Shown here piece by piece: positions 54,845 to 63,826 of a stretch of 64,000 nt of DNA (position 1 is the first letter of the stretch; every line of letters begins with the position of its first letter). A program made the translations under genes and the position numbers. Below the pieces are notes generated by a model, which saw only the letters and a program-made list of their open reading frames with translations, searched no databases and was not told the DNA's origin. The stretch is from Nitrospirota bacterium (lineage in GTDB: Bacteria > Nitrospirota > UBA9217), in assembly GCA_035516155.1 (NCBI GenBank), contig DATJAP010000011.1, positions 38,288-102,287 on the forward strand. Direction: 5' to 3'.

Positions 54845-55216
54845 TTACAACAATATTGCCAGGAACGATAAACCCGTTCCCTGCAGCGCGGATTCGATAA
54901 CAGCGCCGGTAACCGCCTTCGTGACGACGTTGAATGCCTTTGTGGTTGCCCGGTGAATCACTTGATCGTTGGTGACGGTTTTTTCAGGATGGTAAAAACC
55001 AGCCCGCTCGAGAGTGTTCAGGATGTCCTGATGCCGGATTTCAGCGGCATTATAATGAATCAAAAGACTGCCTGTCGTGGTATTGAATTCGGCCGTGCCT
55101 ATTCCGTGGCCCATGTTCACAAGAGTTTTTTGTACCTCATAATGTACGGCGCTGTTTTTAAACAACGGATTTTTGAGTCGCAACCTTCCGGGGACATTAT
55201 GAACATAGCAATTCAC
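54845..55216 (-). CDS. HMA2-like domain protein with a short hydrophobic C-terminus
   Basis: The GTG at 55216 follows GGAGG (9-nt spacer) and gives NCYVHNVPGRLRLKNPLFKNS...GIGTAEFNTTTGSLLIHYNAAEIRHQDILNTLERAGF. An upstream ATG at 55252 is an alternative start. It overlaps the zinc-ribbon gene stop by 20 nt. Confidence 0.55.
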   Translation of the reverse strand: MNCYVHNVPGRLRLKNPLFKNSAVHYEVQKTLVNMGHGIGTAEFNTTTGSLLIHYNAAEIRHQDILNTLERAGFYHPEKTVTNDQVIHRATTKAFNVVTKAVTGAVIESALQGTGLSFLAILL

Positions 55217-55535
55217 GATGTGAAACCTCCTTCTTGTAAGGAATTTTTTCATAGGTTTTGCATACCGGATAATCCGAGCATCTGAATCGCAACCCTTGTT
55301 TATCATGCATATACAAGTGCATTTTCAGGCCGCACTGCGGACAGGTAGGACGATTTTCCAATTCATTTCGTGCAAAGCCGAGAACGAACTGCCTTCCACA
55401 AAGCACACATTTCAGGCGCTGCTTGCCGGTTTTGACATGGCCATACTTATATACAGCCTCAGAGCGGCACACGGGACATCTAAATTCACCTGTAGCCCTC
55501 ATCCTTGCACACCTTTCTTTGTACGTTATAATCAT
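55197..55535 (-). CDS. Double zinc-ribbon protein (paralog of 42268-42555)
   Basis: CPVC-x16-C-x2-CG-x-QF, then RPTCPQCGLKMHLY...LRFRCSDYPVCKTY. The real start may be Met12 (55502), matching the paralog's N-terminal length. Confidence 0.6.
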   Translation of the reverse strand: MIITYKERCARMRATGEFRCPVCRSEAVYKYGHVKTGKQRLKCVLCGRQFVLGFARNELENRPTCPQCGLKMHLYMHDKQGLRFRCSDYPVCKTYEKIPYKKEVSHRELLCS

Positions 55536-55545
55536 ATATTAAAAG

Positions 55546-55585
55546 TATTACAACTCTATGACGGAAATGTTACAATTGTGTTACA
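55546..55585 (+). promoter_or_regulatory. Four 11-bp-phased heptamers TATTACA / TATGACG / TGTTACA / TGTTACA
   Basis: The heptamers start at 55546, 55557, 55568 and 55579. The array contains GAAATGTTACA (55564-55574). It lies immediately upstream of the zinc-ribbon/HMA2 gene pair. Confidence 0.5.
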
Positions 55586-55632
55586 TTTATCATTGCCATG
55601 AACGTCTATCAGGACTCGCAATTTGGCATATT

Positions 55633-56949
55633 TCATGATAGGCAGACTTCGGCAATTTCCTGCTCAATTGATTTCATATCACTTATTCGTGTTTCCCCGA
55701 AAAGGGCGAGCTTTGCGAAATTAGGCGGCAAGCGGCAGTCAAAGGAGTCACAGGCCAGAAAGTATTTTATATCGTCAGCCCAAATTCTTCTGAACGGTCC
55801 ATCCAGCATCATCCTGCGGTAGAAAAGATACGGCGAAGTAAAGAGCGAAATCAAGGGGCCGATCATTTCCGAGGGATCTCTGAAGCACTCCCAGTGGCAT
55901 TTCCGGCACGAAGAAAGCCGGTTGAGCTCCGACAGGTCGAGATCCCAAAACTTCCCCAAATCCTCGCCACCGCGGTATCCACAGGGATAGGTGTTGCCGT
56001 CACGGGCGTTTACGAAGAGATAATCGATCCCACCTCTGCAGGCGAAGCCGTATTCCGGATTTATCTGCTGGCGCATGAGGGAATAGAGAGAACTTCTCGG
56101 CGAAAATATTCTTATGTGGCGCCTGAATTCGGGGATCGTGTGAAAGAGGGCTTTGAACAGCAATGACTTTTCCTCTGCCGTGTAATGGGTGATGCCGGTG
56201 GTATTTGTCGCTCCATATACGGCAGATAGTCCGCTGGCGTCGCCGTTGTCAATGCTCATCGGATAGCAGGCATTCACGATCGTAAATCCCATATCGATGA
56301 TCCGTTGGTAGAATTTCTGGAATGATTGTCGGTAGTAAGCGTAGAATTGCGCAGGACCTGAAAACGGCTGCTGAACAAAGCCCCCCATATTCCTGTTGAT
56401 GCCGAGGTTCGCGGACGGGTAAATGCCATGGGCATGGAAAAGCGGGAGTGCTTTTTCGATACCGGCTATAACCCTGGGAAGTCCTCTCATCGATTCGTGG
56501 ACAGCGGGGTCCACCGAGTCGATGCTTATCCAGAATGTATATAGACCGGCATCAGCTAGTTTTCCAGCCAGCTTTTTTACTCCGTCCAGATAGCCCCGCT
56601 TCTCCGGGTTCGCAAAGAGATAACCATTGGTGCCGGTCCTGGTGTATGTTATCCCCGCGCTTCTTGCGTATTTCAACAAATCGGTAATCTCGTCCAGATA
56701 TAGCAGCGGCTCACCGCCCGTAAAGGAAAGCGCTTTGACTCCCTTCCGCGCTGCGGCATCGATAATCTTTGTTGCCGTGGCCTTGTCGAGTTTAGATCGT
56801 TTGAAGGGTTCCGTCACGCGCATAGAGCACTGCGGGCACCGGGCGTTGCATGCATCGGTATATTGCACGACGAGCTGCCTGATACCCCGGTCGCGCACGA
56901 GTGGAAAGAGCGCGGTGATTGAGGGCATGCTTTTTTTAAGCGTATGCAT
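55633..56949 (-). CDS. Radical SAM enzyme with a Cys-rich C-terminal region
   Basis: DACNARCPQCSM matches CxxxCxxC. FTGGEPLL SAM-binding motif. C-terminal CGYRGG...SCRKCHWEC suggests an auxiliary cluster. Confidence 0.8.
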   Translation of the reverse strand: MHTLKKSMPSITALFPLVRDRGIRQLVVQYTDACNARCPQCSMRVTEPFKRSKLDKATATKIIDAAARKGVKALSFTGGEPLLYLDEITDLLKYARSAGITYTRTGTNGYLFANPEKRGYLDGVKKLAGKLADAGLYTFWISIDSVDPAVHESMRGLPRVIAGIEKALPLFHAHGIYPSANLGINRNMGGFVQQPFSGPAQFYAYYRQSFQKFYQRIIDMGFTIVNACYPMSIDNGDASGLSAVYGATNTTGITHYTAEEKSLLFKALFHTIPEFRRHIRIFSPRSSLYSLMRQQINPEYGFACRGGIDYLFVNARDGNTYPCGYRGGEDLGKFWDLDLSELNRLSSCRKCHWECFRDPSEMIGPLISLFTSPYLFYRRMMLDGPFRRIWADDIKYFLACDSFDCRLPPNFAKLALFGETRISDMKSIEQEIAEVCLS

Positions 56950-56972
56950 CTTGGCTGGACGTCCGTTGCCCG

Positions 56973-59384
56973 CTATCCGACGGTCTGGATCTCATGGCTG
57001 AGTATTGTGGAGTATACTTCATGTTCGCGTGGGCTGTTGGACTCGATAAACAGTCTCGCCTCTTTGCCCATGGCGGAGGCCATCCTTCTGTCCGATGCGA
57101 ACAGCTGCATTACATTGACCAATGCATCAATGCCTTCAGTTTTGACGATAAAGCCGCTCAGGCCGTCTTTGAGTAGTTCCTTCGGCCCGCCCTGATCGGA
57201 CACGACAACAGGAAGACCCGATGCCTGGGCTTCCAGAACGACGTTGCCGAAGGTGTCCGTGGTGCTCGGGAAAACAAAAACGTCGGCAGAGGCGTATGCC
57301 CTGGACAGCTCTTCTCCTGCTAGGAACCCTGTGAATAGCACCGAATATCCTTCCAGCTTCTTTTCGAGCTCCTTCCTGTACGGGCCGTCACCGACAATTA
57401 TAAGAGTACTTCTGTCGCCGGAATCAATCAGGCCCGTGAATGCATTGGCCAGGAGTTCCAGGTTCTTCTCCCTTGACACCCTGCCTACATAAAGGAACTT
57501 CAGTTCGTCGCCCAGACCATGGCTGCGCCAAAAAGTCGGGTCTCTTTTTCCCGGAGAAAACATTTTTGTGTCGACCCATCGCGGCAGGGGTTTGACCTTG
57601 GAGGACACCAGCCCCCGTTCGATGAGTTGTGAGCGTGTGCTCGCAGAGGGAACCATGACTTCGTCCATGAGGTTGTAGAACCATATCATGTAATTCCAAG
57701 CCACATCTTCCAGGAACGAATCGTTCGTCAGGCTTCCCACATATTGGGGGATGTCCGTGTGATAGGCGCCGGAGATCGGAATGTCCATAAGCTTAGAGAT
57801 GAAGAGGGAGAGTATGCCGAGCGTTCCGGGTGTACTGGCATGAATTCTAGTAAAGCTCTCCCGGTCGAAATAATCGATAATATCGAGCATCGGCGGAAAA
57901 TGGAGCTTTAAATCAGGATATTCGGGAAGGGAGAACTCTCCGACAGACTTGAAGTTCATCACCCCGTTCCTGAAGCCCGTATCTTGTTCGCTTGCGGTGA
58001 TGACGATCAGCTCAATGTCCCGCTTTTTTGCAGTCTCTATAAGTCGCTTTATGGTGATGGCGACTCCATTGATCTCATTCAGCGTATCTGTGAAGAGCGC
58101 GATTTTCTGGCGACCTCCCGCGCTGGCCGGGAGAGCGAACCGGGTAGCGAGTTCCTTTACCAAGGCCTTACTCCTGTGCTGGTGATGAAATGCAACATAA
58201 TACGGCGAGGCAAGGAGATGGATGAAACCGATGGTTCCTAAGGAATTGAAGAGCTCCATGATGCCGGTCGATGGATATTCCCTCGTAAGACGTTCAGTAT
58301 AGATATAAACAAGCCTGTTGACAAGATAGCTTGTTACGGAAAAGACCTTTCTGTTGATGTCACCGCTGTTAAGGGAACGAAGAAAACCTGCGTCATTCAG
58401 AAGCCGCCTCGCTTCCCGATCGAGGATTTGCTCAAAAGTTTTTCCATCATGTCCGTTGTATACTTCCGGGATATTTTTTTTAATAAAGAGGCTCAGCTTA
58501 TCAAAGAAAGATGATTTCCGGTCATCGGCGCTTAACACACGGTTCAGAAGGGCGTTGATGAAGGGGAATTGATTCGTTCGCTTCGGCTCGATCTTTTCCT
58601 TGAAGAAGCGGTACCCAATTCCATAAATGCTGTGCGATAAAGTGAGGGCATCGCCGTCCTCGCCCTCCGCCCAGACCTCCCGCCGGCTTAGAGAATCCAT
58701 AAATGCCTGAAGAGTCTCTCCCCGGGAGGACGCTGTATAAGCCCGTCCGACGAAAAAACCACTATGATCGTCGGAGCCGCCAACCATAGCTTTCTTCCAG
58801 GGTTCGCCACCATAAGGGATGATGTCGTACTTGTCAGCCATCCGTTCGATGCGCTGAGCAGTCAGTGATGCGACGAGGTCGCTGATGCAGCTGTTGTACC
58901 TGTTTGAGCGGGATCCGTTTATCGTCTCGAAAGCATTGAACAGCAGTAACATTTTTTCAACCGTATCGGCAGTGAGCCTCGAGTTCATATCGTAGAGAAG
59001 ATGAGCGAGAAAATGGACGACGTTGTGCTTACGAAAATATCCCACAAGCTCATAGACGTTATTCCGCAGATGCATGATATCTCTGAACCTGTCTTCGGCT
59101 ATGTCCAGAGCCACGACATGCAGTTTGCAACCATCGTCGGGCAGGTAGGTCGTCACTTCAGCACTGATGAATGCTCCCGGAAGGTGGGCGATTTCAAGCG
59201 CCCCCGTAATCGAGTTGTGATCGCTGATCGTAACGTAGTCCATGCCCCTCTTCAGCGCCGTATGGTAAATGAATTCGGGTTTCGTGTAGCTCTCCGGACA
59301 ATTGAATTTACGCAGAGCCCAGCTGGAGGGTTTGTTTGAGTGGCGTGAATGGACATGCAGATCGGCTTTATAGGTTTTTGGCAT
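56973..59384 (-). CDS. Fusion protein: N-terminal PHP phosphoesterase domain + C-terminal GT4 (GT-B) glycosyltransferase
   Basis: N-terminal ADLHVHSRHSNKPS, VTISDHNSITG and GGSDDHSG (PHP motifs). C-terminal GRVSREKNL...PSTTDTFGNVVLEAQASGLPVVVSDQGGPKELL (EX7E-type GT4 motif). Confidence 0.8.
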   Translation of the reverse strand: MPKTYKADLHVHSRHSNKPSSWALRKFNCPESYTKPEFIYHTALKRGMDYVTISDHNSITGALEIAHLPGAFISAEVTTYLPDDGCKLHVVALDIAEDRFRDIMHLRNNVYELVGYFRKHNVVHFLAHLLYDMNSRLTADTVEKMLLLFNAFETINGSRSNRYNSCISDLVASLTAQRIERMADKYDIIPYGGEPWKKAMVGGSDDHSGFFVGRAYTASSRGETLQAFMDSLSRREVWAEGEDGDALTLSHSIYGIGYRFFKEKIEPKRTNQFPFINALLNRVLSADDRKSSFFDKLSLFIKKNIPEVYNGHDGKTFEQILDREARRLLNDAGFLRSLNSGDINRKVFSVTSYLVNRLVYIYTERLTREYPSTGIMELFNSLGTIGFIHLLASPYYVAFHHQHRSKALVKELATRFALPASAGGRQKIALFTDTLNEINGVAITIKRLIETAKKRDIELIVITASEQDTGFRNGVMNFKSVGEFSLPEYPDLKLHFPPMLDIIDYFDRESFTRIHASTPGTLGILSLFISKLMDIPISGAYHTDIPQYVGSLTNDSFLEDVAWNYMIWFYNLMDEVMVPSASTRSQLIERGLVSSKVKPLPRWVDTKMFSPGKRDPTFWRSHGLGDELKFLYVGRVSREKNLELLANAFTGLIDSGDRSTLIIVGDGPYRKELEKKLEGYSVLFTGFLAGEELSRAYASADVFVFPSTTDTFGNVVLEAQASGLPVVVSDQGGPKELLKDGLSGFIVKTEGIDALVNVMQLFASDRRMASAMGKEARLFIESNSPREHEVYSTILSHEIQTVG

Positions 59385-59644
59385 ACCTTATTTTATAGAC
59401 ACGAGATATTACACGCCGATTACCATTGTATGAAGATTTGATGAAGTCTAGGGCAGGTGCACTCCGTGGACAAACGCTTAGGATCATTTGGAAAAGACCA
59501 GTCTCCGGGGAAACCTTCAGCGCTAGCATCTCCGGGCGTCGGGTCAGGAAATATCGCCGCACAGTCATATTTACGTAACATTCGGGACGTATAATGTCTG
59601 TTACCAGGCGTTAAAATCATACCTGTATCAAAGGAGAGGAGGAC

Positions 59645-60040
59645 ATGTTTAATAACGGTTACGAAAAAAGAAAAGAAATGCGTTATGACAATATATCGCT
59701 AATTGATTATGTGGTCCCTGGTCAGGAGGACGATTTGCGGACGGCGGTAACGAGAAACGTTAGCGAGGGTGGACTGAATGTCTGTTTATTCGAGCCTCTT
59801 CCCATTGGACAGGAGCTCATTATCAAAAGAATGCTCCCCGTTGGCAGCAGTTCGGCAACTATCTGCTGGATCAAGAAGGAAGCTGAAAGATTTTACAAGG
59901 CGGGGATGAAATTCAGAGCAACGTTCTCTGCTGCAGGCCACGAGAAAGAGTCCGTGGTTTCTGCCGACAACGAGGCAAAGATGTCGATCGGGGTGACATG
60001 TCAGTTATTATCAGCGTATAATGTTATGGTAACTAGTTAA
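59645..60040 (+). CDS. PilZ-domain protein (putative c-di-GMP receptor)
   Basis: RKEMR (RxxxR) followed ~30 aa later by NVSEGG (D/NxSxxG). GGAGAGGAGG RBS. Confidence 0.7.
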   Translation: MFNNGYEKRKEMRYDNISLIDYVVPGQEDDLRTAVTRNVSEGGLNVCLFEPLPIGQELIIKRMLPVGSSSATICWIKKEAERFYKAGMKFRATFSAAGHEKESVVSADNEAKMSIGVTCQLLSAYNVMVTS

Positions 60041-60108
60041 TCGATAGCCCTGAGTATTGGGAAAATGCCGCGGGTTGAGAAGCGGTTCGGTAGTGCGCCG
60101 CCGGTCAA

Positions 60109-62436
60109 TTACCCAAAAAGACTTTCAATACTCAGAAGTTTGCCAAAATCCCAGATATTCATATAAAAACCGTCGAGGCGATAATTTCTGATTTGCTGCT
60201 CCTCGCGATACCAGAAAAAAAGATCGCTTGCCGGATAGAGATAGCCGAACTGGTAGGAAGTAAAATCTTTTCTCCTCCGCGCAATCAATTCCACGGGGTA
60301 GCGGTACATCGATTCCTCCTGATGGACAAGAGACAGCGCCTGCTCCCGCTTCGATGCCGCTTCCGCCAGGTATTGCTCTGATGGTCCGCTTTTTTCTGAT
60401 GCCTCATTCTTCTTCGCGATCAATGCCCTGATGGTCAACGCCCTGTGCTCCGCCCTGAGCGCGGTTAATTCAAGGCCATTTATCAGCCCGTCCAAAAGGA
60501 CACGTCCTTCGGGAACCGCGCTTGCTGAGACATGGTAATCCTGTTTCGACAGAAGGCGCAGGTTCGTCACCAGTGTGTTTGCTTTCTCGGCATATTCCAC
60601 GAGCATCGTAACAGGTCCCCGCAGGACCTCATCTGCTTCGGCGTCCGATGCGCTATGCAGAAGCCATTGATAGGAAAACGGCAGTCTCGGTTGAAAAGGC
60701 CTGTTGAACGGCCAGGGTAGCTCGGATGATGGGTCCAGGGCCGAGAGAAAAGGCATCAGACGTAGCTCTTTGAAGTATTGGTTTTGAAGCGTGAGGGCTG
60801 CATGCCAAGCGCGGAAAATCCGCTGGTCGGGAAATAAATCTCGGATCATTGCCAGCGGCTCGACAGGTTTTTCTCTCTCTCCTTCGATATGCCTCCAGGA
60901 CCAACGGGCGATGCTCCAGTCAACGAGCCAATATCCCCACTCCCAGCCAGAACTGAAGGTGAGGTGGTTGTCTACACCCAGCTTTTTCAAGGCCTCCATA
61001 TCAGACAGCCGCGTTTCGAGATAGGACAGGAGAAACAAGGGCACTGAATTATCGAATGCAACCCAGTAGGAAGACTCCGGCCAATACCAGGTTTCCCGCA
61101 TCTGGTTTTCGATTCTTGCCCTGGCTAACATGTGCCGCTGGTTGATGTTCCCGTAGACAGGCGCGTAAGATTCCGACAGGGAATAGCACATCACGGTATG
61201 GATCAGGATACCGGTTTTCAGCGAGGATCCCTCGTATGATTTATATGGCTGAGCGGGTTGAATTTCTTCGGCATTCTTGGGCGCTTTTTTGTTGTTATCC
61301 GGGATGACGTGTGTTGCAAAAAACATTTTTGTTCCATAATCGTTCGTGATGCGTTTGACGATATATTCCCTGAGTGATGGGCAAATACGCCCGATATCTG
61401 GCAAATATTCTCCCATTGTGAAATCGACGCTTACAAAGTCCCATTTGACGCGGAACAGCCAAGAAAGGGCTTCGTCGATCTGGTGTCGATAGGAAGGGAA
61501 AAATTTCAGCAGGTGAACTGCCGTGAAAGCCCTTTGCTGAATGCTGGAAAGGGAGAATTCTACGCCCATAAGGATGCCTCTCCGGTGCGCATAGGCGACG
61601 AACTCTTCTGCGTGTGCAAGCCATCGATCTCGGTCAACGCCGCGGAGTAGATAAAACTGGAAAGTATTCTGCTGATTTCGCGCAAGCCAGTCTATATACT
61701 CCTTGACTTCCGCCGCGGCATGGGGATAGTCAGGATTGTGTATCTGCTCCGTCAGTTCAATGGGATGCAAGGTATGTAGGTGAAAACCCTTCTTATCGAA
61801 GCGGGGTATAGCCTTCCAGCGGAAATCGGCTGTCAGCGGCCAGACGTCATGAAAGGGGATGAGCGTTCGCTTGGGATGATAGAACTTAAATCCCAACTTC
61901 TCCTGGAGCAGGCCGTACAGACCGAAGCTTACTCCTTGACAGGACGGGGTGATCAATTTGCAAATGATCCTGCCTGACTCGCGGGAGGAAATCCATTCAT
62001 ATGAATGCTCCGGATAGGGGAGATAATCATAGGGATGATGCAAGGCAAATGGGGAAGGTTTGCCTTGGCGCTCTTGGTCTATTGCAGGCAGGACAATATG
62101 CACGTCGGCGGCGGAGTTGTTCAGGCGCACCGGTACAGTCGGGAACCCCGCCCTCAATAGTTGGCGCACGTCATCGATGGTTATGCGGGTAAGAGGATTT
62201 TCGAGGAGGCCGCGGGGAACGTCAATGCTGATTGCATGCAGGGGGACGGCTTTACTTGACGCATATACAGCCGCGCGAGCAAGCCACAAAATAGATGCGC
62301 TTATGATGGGCCTGAGTGATAAAATTGTGATAACATCCCTCTTATGCGCATGAGAAGATGCCTTTGAAAAGCATCCCCCATCAGAGTGACCTCTTTTTTT
62401 TATTAATAACGTATACATCATATCACAGTTTTCCAT
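60109..62436 (-). CDS. Large hypothetical protein, possibly a glycoside-hydrolase-like (GH20/DUF4838-like) fold
   Basis: N-terminal hydrophobic anchor (IISASILWLARAAVYA). GLYGLLQEKLGFKFYHP...AIPRFDKKGFHLHTLHP resembles the entry to TIM-barrel hexosaminidase-like enzymes and the 1475-4099 protein. The assignment is weak. Confidence 0.35.
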   Translation of the reverse strand: MENCDMMYTLLIKKRGHSDGGCFSKASSHAHKRDVITILSLRPIISASILWLARAAVYASSKAVPLHAISIDVPRGLLENPLTRITIDDVRQLLRAGFPTVPVRLNNSAADVHIVLPAIDQERQGKPSPFALHHPYDYLPYPEHSYEWISSRESGRIICKLITPSCQGVSFGLYGLLQEKLGFKFYHPKRTLIPFHDVWPLTADFRWKAIPRFDKKGFHLHTLHPIELTEQIHNPDYPHAAAEVKEYIDWLARNQQNTFQFYLLRGVDRDRWLAHAEEFVAYAHRRGILMGVEFSLSSIQQRAFTAVHLLKFFPSYRHQIDEALSWLFRVKWDFVSVDFTMGEYLPDIGRICPSLREYIVKRITNDYGTKMFFATHVIPDNNKKAPKNAEEIQPAQPYKSYEGSSLKTGILIHTVMCYSLSESYAPVYGNINQRHMLARARIENQMRETWYWPESSYWVAFDNSVPLFLLSYLETRLSDMEALKKLGVDNHLTFSSGWEWGYWLVDWSIARWSWRHIEGEREKPVEPLAMIRDLFPDQRIFRAWHAALTLQNQYFKELRLMPFLSALDPSSELPWPFNRPFQPRLPFSYQWLLHSASDAEADEVLRGPVTMLVEYAEKANTLVTNLRLLSKQDYHVSASAVPEGRVLLDGLINGLELTALRAEHRALTIRALIAKKNEASEKSGPSEQYLAEAASKREQALSLVHQEESMYRYPVELIARRRKDFTSYQFGYLYPASDLFFWYREEQQIRNYRLDGFYMNIWDFGKLLSIESLFG

Positions 62437-62581
62437 CCCCGCGGTTTAAAAGTAGGCAAGATAATGAAAATAGTCCCGCCGAGGCATGCCGTTATCCAAC
62501 GTTAAACACCAGTATGACAGGGTGTCTAAATCCAGTTTCTTGTCTGCCAAAGAGACACGAAAGACCTAAAAGGGACAGGGG

Positions 62582-62749
62582 ATGCCGAGCGCTTATGACA
62601 TGAGGAAACAAGAAATATTCGAGGGAGCATATGAATGGGTAAGGCATGGGATTGACAGGTTTCCTCTTTATGATATCAAATCGATCGCCAACTGCCTGAT
62701 CAGATACAGCAAAAAGAAGTACTCGGTCAATTCTGCACACCGCTTTTGA
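62582..62749 (+). CDS. Possible 55-aa hypothetical protein (below the ORF-track cutoff)
   Basis: The sequence is MPSAYDMRKQEIFEGAYEWVRHGIDRFPLYDIKSIANCLIRYSKKKYSVNSAHRF, after a GGGACAGGGG purine-rich stretch. It competes with the antisense 94-aa track ORF. Confidence 0.2.
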   Translation: MPSAYDMRKQEIFEGAYEWVRHGIDRFPLYDIKSIANCLIRYSKKKYSVNSAHRF

Positions 62750-63129
62750 CACGGGACAGGAATAGAGCCCAGCCATGCTCTAGAACCGGGCCATTTCCAA
62801 CTTCATGGGCTGTACAACGGAACTCGGCTGCACGTATTGATCAGACAACGGAACCTGTGTCGCCAAGGGGGTCCCATTCTCGTCGTGGCCGCTGCCCGAG
62901 GAGTGGCACTTCGCCGACAATGCGAATCAGCTTTTATGAACAAATATTAGGTAGTATTTTCCAGATGATGATTCGGGGAACTCGGCTTTTCTTATGGAAT
63001 TGCTGCAGGATCCGCAAATTGTCCATTCTGCGCCATTGACAACTCGCAAAGAATGTGTACAATTTTAACAGAATGCGGGATAGAGAATGAATACCGCGAT
63101 AATGCCTGTTTTTCAAGGAGGGGAAAGCC

Positions 63130-63699
63130 ATGAATGAAGTTCTGGACTCAATCAAGAAAAGGCGGTCCGTGCGGGCCTATGAGGCGAGAACGATACCGAG
63201 GGAGATTCTGAACACCATTCTCGAGGCCGGGAACGAGGCACCCTCGGCGATGAACAGCCAGCCCTGGAGGTTCGTCGTGGTGGAGGACAAGGTGGCGAAG
63301 CGGAAGCTTCTCAGCGCCGCGCTGCCGCAGGCGAAAAAAATTACGGAAGCAGTAAAGGATGTTGATCCGGAGCGCTATGCCATGATTAAAAAACGCTATG
63401 CGGAGCTGCCAGACCCCGTGTATTACTCTGCGCCGACGATCGTATTCGTCGTTGGCAACGGGGGATATGCGGCTCATTCTTGCCCGCTGGCATGTGAAAA
63501 CATGATGCTTGCAGCGCATTCGCTGGGTTTGGGCAGCTGTTGGGTCGGCTTTGGTGCGATGGTGACTGACGATCCGGAGGTGCGGAACCTTCTTGAATTA
63601 AAAGAAGGGGACGCGATTTTCGGCCCCATACTTCTCGGCTATCCGAAAGGCGAGACGCAGCGGCCTCCCAAGAAGGGACCACGCGTAAAGTGGATATGA
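63130..63699 (+). CDS. Nitroreductase-family flavoprotein
   Basis: IKKRRSVRAYEARTIPREILNTILEAGNEAPSAMNSQPWRFVVVED is the canonical nitroreductase N-terminal block. AAGGAGGGGAAAGCC RBS. Confidence 0.85.
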   Translation: MNEVLDSIKKRRSVRAYEARTIPREILNTILEAGNEAPSAMNSQPWRFVVVEDKVAKRKLLSAALPQAKKITEAVKDVDPERYAMIKKRYAELPDPVYYSAPTIVFVVGNGGYAAHSCPLACENMMLAAHSLGLGSCWVGFGAMVTDDPEVRNLLELKEGDAIFGPILLGYPKGETQRPPKKGPRVKWI

Positions 63700-63826
63700 A
63701 CACGGAAATGAAGAAAGTGATTTTGCAACGGACTTGTAACAAGCCGTTGAGATGTTCCCGGATTGTGGAATTGATAACATAATGACAGCGAGCGCGGCTG
63801 CGCTTCAGCTGTCGTGAGGGGCCGCC

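Noticed and set aside
62492-62776. 94-aa minus-strand ORF in the 690-bp spacer before the nitroreductase gene.
   Set aside because: It has no motif or RBS. A 55-aa plus-strand ORF on the opposite strand looks at least as protein-like. Neither is well supported.
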